DNA of 51,040 nucleotides from Chlorokybus atmophyticus. Its lineage: Eukaryota; Plantae; Mesostigma and Chlorokybus algae. Under the pieces are notes generated by a model. That model did no database searches. It was given only the letters and a program-made list of their open reading frames with translations, and had not been told where the DNA came from. Of the stretch, positions 12,701 to 25,000 are shown one piece after another. The stretch is taken from NCBI GenBank assembly GCA_009103225.1, contig RHPI01001202.1, forward strand, positions 1 to 51,040. The letters are read 5' to 3'. Each line of letters opens with the position of its first letter. Position 1 is the first letter of the stretch. Position numbers and translations under genes: made by a program.

Positions 12701-13302
12701 TCAGATCAGCGAGCTCTGCCGCCAAACACAGGCGTCCCTACTGAATGCAATAGCAAAGACTGTTGATCGGAATGGAGAAGTATGCTCACTACACCTCCCT
12801 TCAATGTGTTGATGCTGCATTGGTGTGGAGTTGCACTTATGGCTGCAAACTACCTGCTCAACAGGGTGGCAGTGTACAGCCAGAGCATGCGCATGTGATG
12901 GCTCGCACAGCGTGGTCGCTGCATCGTGATGGTTTGGCGCTACCCGCTGCTCAGACGACACCGGAACCCAACACTATGCTGGAGACCAGCACCGCAAGTG
13001 TGCCAATGGTGGGTACTGTTGCATCAGTAATAGTTGCTAACCAGATCAAAGATCCTTACATGGTCACGCACGCGTTTGTTGTGTTACGTGCAGTTGCCTC
13101 ATCGCATTGACCAAGTGCTGGTAAAGCTGTATGCTGTGGAGATGGGTTGTGAGCCCACCAGCCATGCTGAAGTTCTGCAGCACTACGATCAGGTTTTCCT
13201 TTCAACCAAGGTGAGCACTGCTCTCCTAGCCAACTATGACACACACAATCTGGCCCTGTCTCATGTGTCGATGGGTCACTGGTACAGAGTCGCAAGAGGT
13301 GA
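6737..13302 (+). CDS. CABIN1: CABIN1 / Hir3-like TPR protein (HIRA histone chaperone complex), multi-exon; 3' end uncertain (alternative stop about 13683)
   Basis: MQFALAAIN..., YEEALELQ..LEDPL, LKFLAYKNLA, D.VLWHHLGTLA..LG.L..AR.AFE.AL..SP.HWPCL..LCEVL..LGDD..C, later FDLAYHP.RFESW..LG, KPDEWSYHFYLGKL.EKL, EPLYRLHSSRLKLL and FFL..DKYFHKA.H.LA. Confidence 0.88.
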
Positions 13303-14512
13303 TGATGGACGCTTTTGCGCGCTCACCTTAGCTTAGGCTTCAGCAACGCTCTGGTATCTACAGCAACTCTACGAGTCTTGGCCACATATGACGCCCTAGA
13401 ATGTGCGGTTACCGCATATCGGGTGCATTGCACGGATCCTGTCAGAGTGTTTCGCAATGGTGCTGGGCACAATGGTGCTGTTGCACATGTGTTGCTTCTT
13501 GGCACGCTCGTGTATCAAGCGGACGCGGTTGACGCCGCTTCAATGACGCTGCTTCTTACAGCTCTTCAAGGTACAGGTTGATTGGAGCAGTCTATATTTC
13601 TGCAGGAATCCGCTCCTGTCCAGAAACCTCGGCCGCCTACACCAGCAGCCATGCAGGAGATGACGAAGTGGATGCTGGACTAGCCTTAACTCATCTCTGG
13701 CTCACCTGTACCCTCTCTCTGTGCCATCCAAGTGGAAGCAAGTCTGCAGGAGGCAAGGCATCGGTTGGAGCCAGGTAGTACTCCCCTTATCATGACTGTG
13801 CTGGTAGAGTTTACAATACAACAGAAGCAGACAGGCACCCATGTCGCTGACTGTACCAAGGTGATCTGCAGTTAGCAGCCGTGGTCAGGCGTACAATGTG
13901 ACAACCTCAACTATTTGTTGACGACATGTGACAGTCAATAAAGCCTGGCGCCTTTGAATGGAAGGTTGCATGCAGATTCCCATGGTGTAAACTGAAACCA
14001 GTGCAGTCTCAACCACAGACTCCGCGCTTGAAATCTTCACATGACAGCAACAAGGCAAAATACATAATAGCTGCAGATGCTTGTTACTCAAACACCTACT
14101 GCAATGGTAGTAGCCTATGCTGGTTGCAATAGTATTTGTCGTCTTCGTTGGCAAGCAATCTCCAGACTGGCAAGACGATGACATAGTCTTATGACACCTT
14201 TGCGGATTAGCTGCCACTCCCTTTTTATTTCTCGCTGGGTATGGCGCAGATAAGTTACGCAATGCAAGCCATGTCACCGTGCTTGCGCTACCCATCAGCT
14301 ACTTTACAACTACGTACACCCATGCCCCTACAATACCGATGAAAAGCCGTCAAGGTTGATGATTCATGCGTTGCTTGCTCATAGCGCAGATTCAGGGGAT
14401 ATATACTACTGGATCAGCCTGGACTGCTTGCAACAGTGTGATAAAGGCATGACCAGCAGTGCACACCACAACTGTGTCTGCAACAGGCAGAGGCTGCAGC
14501 AGTTATGTAAAT

Positions 14513-14748
14513 TCAGCTTTCCATGTCCAGAATTGGCAACCTGTAGTACAAACTCAAGCCTTCATCGGTCTGACGCGTTCCAGGATAGAAGTACTGAAAC
14601 ATCATTGTCAAGCAGGAGCCATTGTCGGCAATTCCTGCAACAAATATATATATATATATATANNNNNNNNNNNNNNNNNNNNNNNNNNNNNNNNNNNNNN
14701 NNNNNNNNNNNNNNNNNNNNNNNNNNNNNNNNNNNNNNNNNNNNNNNN

Positions 14749-14779
<31 letters not shown>

Positions 14780-16362
14780 TAAGTCTATTGTGATTTGTTG
14801 AGATGAACTGACATTGACATGGCAAGAAGTGGGACGTGGCATAGCACTTCAAACCGTGCATACCACAATAAGTTGCCTCTGGTGCGGTGAGATGACACTG
14901 CAGGCTCTTCACAAAGTGCTTCATTCCAACATCCTGCAAGCGCACCAGAGCAGCCTCGTCACCGTGCAGAACTGGCGTGCAACACCGTCAACAGTCCCGT
15001 ATGCAGTCCCCACGTACCACTGCAGTTGCTTCACCTGCGCTCAAAGCCTCATCAAGCTCCGCTGCTGGGTTTGGTGATTCGGCTTCAAGCCGTGGCACCG
15101 CTGCAAGGTCACTTAGTTCAGTGAAGCAGACGACGTGCAGCAGCACATACTTTATAGTAAAAAGGCCGAGGAAGCACTTACAGCGCACGCCAAGCACGCG
15201 CAAGTTGCGGTATGAAGTGCCAATGGAAACGCAGCTCGTGTACACGCGCAAGTGTAGACCACCAGAGCGAAACACCGCAACGCGCAGGACGTCACCCACG
15301 TTCTTCAGGCGATCACTGACACTCTACACAAGCAACACACAACCACAGGAGAAGCTGTGACGTCAAGCATCCTTGCCAACCTTCCCTCAGCAAAGGTGAA
15401 CAAAATCAGGTCAGCAGAATGCATAGTCATGTAAAAGTAAGTACCTGCAGCTGAGACAGATCTGGCATCTGCACGAGAGTGGAGGGCACTTGCTGAGCGG
15501 CACCCACCAGCCGCTGCAGCTCTTCAAGCTCGGCACGCAGCAGTGGGTTGCCCACTGGCAGATCCTGCACAGTTGCTGTGCGCGCACCCTGCAGACCAGA
15601 TGTTGTTGGTGTTCAATGTGCCATAATCACGCGCGGTCACAACCTCCAACAACCAAGCCCTGTTCTCATCCCACTCACCCGGCATTCAAAGTTTAGGAAT
15701 GGCGTCGCACGCTCCGCAGCTGGAGTGGCCTTCTTTTTGGTCAGTCTGACCGCAAACTGGTCCCACTCGACGGCAGCTGCACTGTGGAGAACACGCAGCA
15801 GCAAGGGCAACTCCACCTGGTTAACATATTGGTGTTACGCAGGTCTCTTTGTTGTAAGAATGTGAAGCTTACATCACTAGACGCACACCTGGAATGCAAT
15901 GCTGTTCCCATACAAGCTGCTGATGTGGTACTCCTCGAAAACAGCATCCTGTCATGCAGGAAAGCATGCATGACAACCTGGAGAGCAGCAGCAGACTTGC
16001 AAGGCAATGGTTCCAAAACAGCAAATTCATGCCCCAAACACAACGGACTTACTACGGCATGCATGTATACAAGGGCAGACTGAGCGCCACCTTGGATAGC
16101 TGCGCAATGACCTGCACGCCGTCGGTGCTAAGTACGCTGTGCACAAGCGATACGTGCGTGGGCGTCAAGTACAACAGGCAGTGGGGCCCATTCTTCTCAA
16201 GCGCCGGCACAAAACCTGCGTCACAAGGAATTGAAAGCAGTTCTGTTGGTGCTGGTCAACTCTAACCAATTCTTCAGCTCGTCAAACACATAGAGTGCAA
16301 GCGCACCCACGTTTCTCCAGCAGCACCAACCCGCGGTCGCTGAACTCCGCCTTGAACTTCAT
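14513..16362 (-). CDS. HUS1: HUS1 checkpoint clamp (9-1-1) subunit, multi-exon
   Basis: Exon 1 MKFKAEFSDRGLVLLEKR; internal GDVLRVAV..SGGL; KHFVKSLQCHLT.PEATYCG; last exon GSCLTMMFQYFYPGTRQTDEGLSLYYRLPILD-TGA. All match plant HUS1. Confidence 0.93.
14644..14780. repeat. (TA)n microsatellite spanning an 86-N assembly gap (14663-14748), in the last HUS1 intron
   Basis: TA repeats on both sides of the N run. Confidence 0.95.
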
Positions 16363-16462
16363 ATCACCAAGTTCGCCAGCAGCGCGCAACCAAGCCCAAT
16401 TGCCGCTCCATCAGCCCCTTCATGGACTCGATTGCTCTCAACTGGAGGGCCTCATCTCCGCA

Positions 16463-16470
16463 AAACCCTA
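16463..16470 (-). promoter_or_regulatory. Telo-box (AAACCCTA) in the HUS1 5' region
   Basis: AAACCCTA about 100 nt upstream of the ATG; established plant promoter/5'UTR motif. Confidence 0.45.
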
Positions 16471-16493
16471 CAACCCGGTCACCGCCGCCCCCT

Positions 16494-16494
<1 letters not shown>

Positions 16495-16525
<31 letters not shown>
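16495..16525 (-). repeat. (GGC)10 tract in the HUS1 5' region
   Basis: Run of cgc/gcc triplets on +. Confidence 0.9.
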
Positions 16526-17812
16526 TGGTTTTTAAAATTGGAGCGGGAAAAGGCGGGCTAGGGCTTCGCATGTGCGCGTGAGGCTGTTGTTGTCTCTATG
16601 GTTGAAGACACAACAACTTCCACGAAACACTCGCGGTGGTTGGGAGCACATCAATGCATTGCAGTCGTGTTTGCCAGCTGGACGCTATGCCGTCAGGAGC
16701 GTGAAGGTAGGGCGGAGGTGGGCGGCGCCGGCGTTGTCACGGGAATAAATACAGCTTTAGTGTGGGCTTATCGGATGCCTGCAGTGCTCCCGGGGTAGAC
16801 CGAGGTGTTGTGTACGAGGGTTGCGAGAGCTGCAGCGCGGCGCTGTCGACAATGACGCTCATTTGCTGATCCGCCCGGTGCGTTGCTTGCGCTTGTGTGC
16901 TGTGGTATGGTTTCGTTCCTGCATTGTGCTGTGCTACGCACTTGGACAAGCTGAGTCCGTCTTTTTCTGATGTTGCACATTGAGTAATTTGCCATGAGAG
17001 GTCATCGTCACTTTGACTAGTTCCAGCATGCTTAGAAATTGAAACATCTTGAGGGTAGTTTTTTGGCTTGGAGAGCTCATTTGCGACATAGCACTGTGCT
17101 GTTATTAGTTTTCTGAAAGCCAATGCAGCGCCGTGTGCTTGCAGTAAGCGTTTGCATGTATTCGCTGATCAAGTTTTGTCAGCTGGCTACTCAGCATGCA
17201 AATTGACTATTGGACTGCATGCCATGCATCCGGTTGTTGCCACAAGATTGTGTTGTGCCTGAACATCGTCCTTGGGTGAGTAGTAGTCAATGCATGTGCA
17301 TTACACAATTAGCCGGCTGGCCTCACAAAGGGGCATTGCCAGCCAACGTTTGTTTGCTGCTTACCTGTTGCTTAGCACAGTCTTTGTACCTGTACTAGTC
17401 TGCAAGTATGGACATTCAAGTGTTCCACTCATGTCAAAATTGGGCTTCTCAACCCATCCACCAGGCAGAGCAGTAGGTGTCACTCTTTCAATCATTAATT
17501 GTGTTGACCGCATTCGGCAAACTTCATTGATCTGTACTCGTATCCACCCATTGCAGCATGCAGTACCACATCTGCACTCAAACAGCTGTTTGAGGCTGCA
17601 CTAGAAGTGACGAACTCGTTGGGTTTGGTTACTTTTAAAGGTTGGGCAACACTCACAGCGATACCACAACAGCGTCACATACCTTTCTGAACTGACGTTG
17701 TATCTGTATGGTATTCACTCTGCGCGGCACAGCAACACTGGTGCTTGCGTTGTGTATGTGTGCAATGTGCATCCTCAGCTCATACTGCTGGTCAATACTG
17801 CAGGTATACCAG

Positions 17813-20103
17813 ATGGCGCCGTGGCAACATTGGCCGTGTGCGCTTGCAGCATGGCATGTGCTGCTGCTGCTGCCCCTTGTGTTAGCGCCAGCATGCCATG
17901 CAGCTGTGCACGAATACCGAGATGAACCTTTTTACCCTTCCTCTGACGCATACATTTTTCAAGGAGGCAGGGAGGGTTTGTTTGCTCAAACAAACACCAA
18001 CCCCGACGAGGTGGTTGGCGTCAGCAATGGCAAATCATACGTCAAGTGAGTGCGCAGCGGGTTGGGGACATGCATATCAACATCTGCTTGGCGCCCATGT
18101 TGTTGCTTCAACACTACGAGAGCAAGTAACTGTAGGCTTATGGCGTCATGGCATAACAGATACAACCAATTGGTTTTCAAGCGGCCTGTGACACAAGCAG
18201 AGCTCACCACACGCGTGCAAGCCATTGTTTTTGAAATAAACGATTTTGACCTGATTGGGTACGCGCTTCTGATGGTTGCGCATGCTCTTGCTCCCGTTCT
18301 TGTTTCATTCAGCACTTGTTAGTACATCCTGACGGCCATGTGCATATGTGTAGCTGGTCATCAGATGACGGTCTGGATCGGCACTACTGTTGCACAGCAG
18401 AGCTGGCTCAGAAGAGGCTCTGCAAGGAAGGCGAGCTGATTTTGCAGGCTCACAGCAACCCAAAGTGGCCATGGCTTCGCGAATTTGAATTTCCGGAAAT
18501 GCAGGAAACATTGCCGGTTCACGATGACTTGATGCCAATCAACACCACTGGCATGTACTACATGTAAGCAGTTAGTCCATATACTCACACATGTGCAGTC
18601 AAGCACTTGTGTCACTGGTGTTATGGCTGGCTTGTCTCTCGCTTCATGTCTGCTTCTTTGCAGGTGGTTTGTGTCTTGCGACATGAGCCAGAGCATTACT
18701 GTGTCCGGGAAGACCGTGTGGAAGAACCCCTTTGGTTATCTCCCGGGCATGCTGTCCCCAAATCTGCAGTTCTATGGCATCATGTCTCTGCTGTACCTGT
18801 TGCTCGGCGGCTTCTGGCTCATCACGTATGCTCGGCACTGGAAGGACATTCTGATGCTGCAGAACTGCATCACAGTGGTGATCTCTCTCGGCATGATTGA
18901 GATGGCTACATGGTATGTGCTATGCACAGTTGGATGTGCTTTTATCCGTGCGAAAGGGTGTGGTTGACACACTGTTGCACAGGTATTTTGATTATGTCAA
19001 CTTCAATAAGTCAGGCTTTCGACCGAAGGGCACGACGATTGTCGCAGTGCTGCTGGGCAGTCTGCGGAAGACACTCGCGCGCATGCTGCTGCTGGTGGTG
19101 TCCATGGGGTATGGCGTGGTGCGGCCTACGCTCGGAGGCCTGAAAGCAAAAGTGGTCAGCCTTGGCGTGGGTTACTTTGTGGCGACATGCCTGTACGATG
19201 TCATGCTAAATGTTGGCACCATCGATGACTTGGGAAGCGGGTGCGTGCGTTGCATGCTTGCCGTGCCATGTGACTAATCACGCAAAACGATGCTGATTGT
19301 TGGTGTGTCTGGCCTCAGCACACGAGTCTTCCTGGCGCTGCCTGTAGCTATCTTGGATGCCGTCTTCATCCTGTGGATATTCACGGCACTGTCGCGCACA
19401 CTTGCACAGTTGCAGGTAGGGTTGCAGGCAAATACGGGCCCAATATTGACAACATGCACAAGGGTTGTCGCATATGTGAGTGCTAATGTCCTGCTCTCTC
19501 CTCAGTCGCGGCGACAAACTGCCAAGCTGGATCTTTACCGCAAGTTCACCAATACACTCGCCATCTCGGTTATCATTTCCATCTTCTGGATTGCTTATGA
19601 TGTGAGCACAAAAGCTTTTGCGCATACTCAGCAGCCTGTCAGAATCCAACTCAATCATGTCGTTGGCACAGATGTACTTCAAGGTGTCTGACCAGTACAG
19701 CGAGAGATGGCAGAGCGAATGGATCATCAATGCGTTTTGGCATATGCTGACGTTTGGGATTAACTGCGTCATCTGCATGCTCTGGGCACCATCTCAGAAC
19801 TCTACCAGGTTTGTGCATCAGGTGGATTGCATATGGAGAGAGAGTTGCAATTGACGCACAGCATCTTACTACACTGCACTGTCCAGGTATGCATACTCAG
19901 ATGAAACACCTGCCGAGGACTGGGACGAGGAGATGGTAGAGAAGCAACCGCTTGTGGCCGCTACAATTGGAGAAAATGCTCCGGCGGCAGAGAAACCGCA
20001 AGCCAAAGCTGCACCATCCAGTGAACAGTCCAGAAGCAAGCAGCCCGTCAATACAGACGTATTCGCAATAGATGATGCAGATGAGGAGTCCAAGCTGGAG
20101 TGA
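17813..20103 (+). CDS. Lung seven-transmembrane / TMEM87-like GOST-family membrane protein, multi-exon
   Basis: Signal peptide, HEY..F..DAYIFQGGREGLFA, WKNPFGYLPG.L.P.L.FYG, HWKDIL.LQNCIT.VI.LGM.EMA.WYF.Y.NFN..G.RP, K.LAR.LLLVVSMGYGVV.PTLGGL, LD..FILWIF.ALS.TL..L, KL.LYRKFTN.LA and acidic tail EESKLE-TGA. Confidence 0.92.
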
Positions 20104-20493
20104 CACAACACGATTTGCAATGTGAGTGTGGCACTTTGGGACTGCTTGTACACCCTTGTAATGCCTTAGGCTTGACATGGGGTTGCACCTTGTTGCTGGC
20201 ATGCTTGTGTGCTGCACGTATCATCGGTAAGTATAACTGTGTTGGTTTGCAGGGTAACCTTGTGGGCTAGGAAGGTCTTACAGGACCTGAGATTGAGGTT
20301 GCGGCTAGTGTGTTTGTGTGGTGTGCGCTTGTAGCACTCTAGATGTTATGCTCGTCACTTTCATTGAATATGGACGTTGTATATGCAATCTTTGTTGTGT
20401 AAATGATGGAATGGCCTTCCGACCAGCATACGAGGGGACACGTGAGGCACCCCTTGTCATGCATGACATTCTCATCATGCACCCCTACAAGTC

Positions 20494-20567
20494 ATCTTAA
20501 AAGCATGCATACTGCAGACGGGCATGATTTGATACATGCCCGTCTGCAGCATGCATGCTTTTAAGAT
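20494..20567. repeat. Near-perfect inverted repeat (33 bp arms, 8 nt loop, 1 mismatch)
   Basis: atcttaaaagcatgcatactgcagacgggcatg-atttgata-catgcccgtctgcagcatgcatgcttttaagat. Confidence 0.95.
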
Positions 20568-20640
20568 AGGTAGAAACAAGCAGTAGACATTAGCCCGGTG
20601 GTGGCATATGATCATGCCTACATGCTGTTTGTGTGTGCGC
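20568..20640 (+). repeat. Partial copy of the two-box family (box TAGCCCGGTGGT only)
   Basis: TAGCCCGGTGGT at 20591-20602. Short flank similarities to the other copies (ggcatga, caaacagca on the - strand). Confidence 0.55.
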
Positions 20641-21186
20641 GTATGTGCTTCTGCATAATGCATGTACAAAACTGCCTCGAGCATATCTTGTACAAGTGTG
20701 CACATGCACAAACAAAACCGATGTTGAACCCCCTCCCTTTGTGTGCGCAGGGTAAGGGGCAACACTACCTAGCAACTTATCGTGTTGCTCGTATACATAT
20801 CAACAATATTTCTCGAACACTTAATCGTAGGTTACGCAACAAGAACACGCAAAGTGATTTATCAATCAGCATTCACTTCATCACTCTGCAACGTATATTG
20901 TCACTACTACCGGCAGAAGTTCTCCGGTAGCGGACAGCTGGTTGACAGCCGAATTGCATGCGCTTGTCACCTGCCGCAGAAGTGAGGGTAGAGAGAAACA
21001 CCCTGCTGTCTCAATGCATAGTTGATGTGGGTGGGTGGGTCGCTTTCTCTGCAACTCACAGTTGGCCGCTTTGTCCATGTGCTGTTTTGGTATCTGTGGT
21101 CTGTACCTGCAGGCGTGTACGAACTAACATGTGCGAGTCACTCTTGATTGCAGCGGATACCAGAGACCAAAGGCCAAGCATGTCCT

Positions 21187-21374
21187 GACTGTGCTTGCTC
21201 AGCATACTGTTGTGCAGATTATGTGATGCTTTGGTGTGCTACACATGCTGCTGTTGTGGCAGAACAGCCTATTGTACCCCCCGGACTGTGCTTGCTCAGC
21301 ATACTGTTGTGCAAATTATGTGATGCTTTGGTGTGCTACACATGCTGCTGTTGTGGCAGAACAGCCTATTGTAC
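21187..21374 (+). repeat. Tandem duplication, 2 x 91 bp, one mismatch, 6 nt spacer
   Basis: 21187-21277 and 21284-21374 are identical except cagatt/caaatt; spacer cccccg. Confidence 0.95.
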
Positions 21375-22018
21375 AAGTGGGGTATGCTGCTGTGCCAGCG
21401 CGTGTATGCATGCGCCAGCGCGGTTGTGACTGCGTTTGCTCGAGTAGCTATGCCATATCTAGGCACAGCCACCTTCTACTCTTAAGCGCACTGATTGTCC
21501 CTATGAGAGGTTGATACCGCCACTGTGTTCAGACATGGGCGTGACATTCATTCCTCCAAAGTGACGTGGGTACACTATGTACAGTGCACAAGGGTCTACC
21601 CCAGGTCCACCAAAGTGTCTCTGACTGTCGTGGTGCGGTGGGCGTGCACTGGTGGGTACACAAAGGAATAAGGCACTTTACTTCGACGCCGTGTTTGGAC
21701 ATGTTGGCGGAATCATCCTCTCATCATTAAGACAATCCGTGCTCGTGAGAATAGCAGGTATACTGTTGCATCTGTGGCTTTTATAGCTTGATAAAACCCT
21801 GATTCCTGGCACACTGCATTGGACACAGCTTTCCCCAGTGCCATTTGATTACTCACACGCTCAACAGCTGCATACCACAACACCTAACCACATACACTTA
21901 CAGCAGTGTACAAGCATCTACGACAGACCTCTAGACAGTGCCGTGCTAGTGAAGAGCTGATCAAGGCATGCCAAACCGGAAATCAGCCGCCGCCCGTGTA
22001 TTACTGGTCCAGTCAATG

Positions 22019-25000
22019 CTATTGCAGAAATCGGAAGGATGGCAACTCTATTAGCGAACGTGGGATGGGCACCTCCGACAGATTGACAGGTGGAAGGGAG
22101 CGTGAGATATCATCCACGGAGAATGGGATGCTACGAAGTGACCACCGCCAGTCAGAACAGTTGCACAGGTAATGAACGACAAGCATATGTGAGAAATGGC
22201 CACACATCATACCTGGAGTCATCATCCAGCAAGAACGAGCTGGTCGCGTGGCTGTCACTCTCCTCATTCATGGAGTGCTTCATGCTTGCCAACACCTGGC
22301 AGCAGTCATGATGGATTAGCTGCGTGCAATTGCAAAGTCCTAAGTTCGCAGCAACATGCAATGCGTGCATGTACCTCTTTTGAGACGGTTTCCGTGCCAT
22401 ACTTATCATCCCAGTACATTGTACTTATGCGGTACAACTGTTGTACGCTCAGCACCTGCACATCAAAAGCACTCATTCACCATAAGCCCTTGGCAGAACC
22501 ACTACTCAGTGACTTGCAAGTCAGCATGGCATAAAATCCATACCGGGCATAGATCATGTGTGATCTCATCCAGCGACTTTTTCGGCTTCTGATGGATGAC
22601 CTGGACAACAAACAGTATAAATATGTTGTGTAGTGACCTGGAAAACCATGCGTGTTGACTGCACTGCTTGGCATACCAAGAATGTAACAGCCTGTCGAAT
22701 GTACTTGAGCTCGTCCCAAGAGCTTCCCATGTACTCATCACCAGCAGTATGGATCCAGTTCTCCAGGTCAGCAAGGCCAGTCTTGACGTACTCCCCGTTG
22801 CTGAAAGAGCAGCACTCTCGACGCAGCAGCAAGCTGTTGAAGAGTTGCACATTGACATATGAGAACAGCTGCGTGAACAGCTTGCGCATAAGGAACGGGG
22901 GCACATGGTTTGCACGCAGTATGTCCAGAATTCTGCTGAAGCTGTCAATCATCTGCTGCCAGTGATTGGTGGCGGGTGTGGTTGGAGTTTGAGGCACGGA
23001 TGCAGCTCCTCCAGCTGCCCTGTCAGCCGCTAGTGCAGCTGCCCTTGCGCTGGGCCTTGAACCCGCACGAGGCGCTCGTGGTGCCTGGATGCAGGCGCTC
23101 AGCATGGGCATAACCTCCTTCTTCACGTTGTCTCTTATCATGCCGTAAATCTTTTCCACGCATGCCGTCAGCTGCTGCTTGAACAGCAGTGCAGGGTATT
23201 TGGCATCCACCTGATGGATACCATCAAGACTGCCCGGGGAGTCTGCACTCAGCGAGCTGTTCGCAGAGGCAGCCTGCGCTTGCGCAGATGTTGGTGTTTG
23301 GCCTGGAGAGACTTGGGTCCTAGAGAAGATTGGCAGGTTCCATGACCCTCGCTTCTTTGGTCCCTGACCAGCAGACCGCGACGCTGTCGTGCGCAGTGTT
23401 TTTTGCAGCAGGTAGAGAAGGGTCGTCGTATGCGACAGCCAATATGCCAGCATGTCATTGCTGTCGATGCTTCGCTCGATTGCCGCAGTTAGCATGGCAA
23501 TGATACGGTCAAAGACGTTGGTCCTCTCCTGCTCAAAACACCTCCAGTGCAGCAAACTCTTGAAGATGATCAGTGATGCCACTGGGCGTCCATCGCTGAA
23601 GCCCACCTCATCCAGCAAGTTATTCAACAGCAGTTCCTGTGCATCACGGGATGACATGAGGCCACACGCAAACAGAGCATGGCTGCAATTTGTCAATGAC
23701 ATGCAAGCACTAGTATTGTGGACTCGTGTCTGCAGAAACACACCTGATCTCCAGCCATCCGGTCCGCCAGCAGTTTTTGTTTCTTGATGTCAAGTTCCCG
23801 TTGTTGCCGCTCGAGCTCGGCAGCAGATATCTCAGCTTCTGAAACATCCGAGGGTTCTGGTGCGGATGTTGCCTCCGAGTCAACAGTCCTGACAGAGTCG
23901 TCTGCGGCAACCTGGAACAGAGTCCTCTGTGGTGTGCTCGCCTCAGAGAACGTAGCTGAGATTGAGGCTGAGACTGCGTGCACCGCAGGCTCATCCACAT
24001 GCCGGCTGGGAATAGAGACATCACCATTGGAAAGAGGAGTTGATGGTGTATGCATCTTTGCTGACTCTAAAGCCTGCATTAGTATCCAAATGTCAGTGCA
24101 AAAGACCCAATCACAAATGCGCGTATATGGCAGAGTTGCAAAGTGTGCCAGGCAAGCACAGCATGTAGAGTGATAGGCAACAAGGCATTACCGCTCTCAG
24201 TTTCCGGATGTCCTTCTCCAAGACCACATTCCGCTCCTTCTGAGTTTCCAGCTCTTCTTCAGCAACCAGTGCTCGCCGCACATGCTGATCAATGTCTCTG
24301 GCAGCTTCATCTGCTCGCTGCTGCTCAAGTTCGATTAGCCTAGACTGGAGATGCATGTTCTCAACACTGAGAGCCTCAGCAATAGCTGCAGCGGAGCCAG
24401 CAACGTGCTTTGCTGGTGCTGATTCCGCATGCACACGCGGAGTTGAGGGAGCAGCAGCAGCAGGTGCGGTTTTCACGGCCGCAATCGCCTTTGGTATGAC
24501 ATGGGATGCTGCGGCAGCAGCTGCAGCAGCGGCCTCAGCACGCGCCATGACAAGTGCGTCAGCATGATCATCCCGTGCCTTGGCTAACGCCTCCTCCAAC
24601 TCTGCAACTGTCTTGGCAAGATCTGCATTCTTTTGGGTGACAGCCTGGTTTTCCGCCTGCAGCGCCGCCGCAACTGCTGCTGCCTCCGCAACATTCCGTG
24701 CGTCGCTTGCTGACCTCGATAGGTACCTGTCCCTTGATGCTAAATCACTGGGACTTCGCGTTAATGAACGTAGATTGACCACGGCTGGCTTGTTTTCTTC
24801 TACTGTGGAAAGTGCTGCCGGAGGCGTAGTTGGTGCAGCCATCTGCTGTTCTTGCAGCTTTGCTAAGGCAGCAGCCAAGGCTACGCGCTCGTTGCGCTCC
24901 TGTGCCAGCTGGGCCTTGGCTTCTTCAGCTTCTTCACGCAGTGTGGACACCAGCCCCCTGAGCTTGTCGATCTCTGCATCCTTGCTGTGCTCCATGTCCG

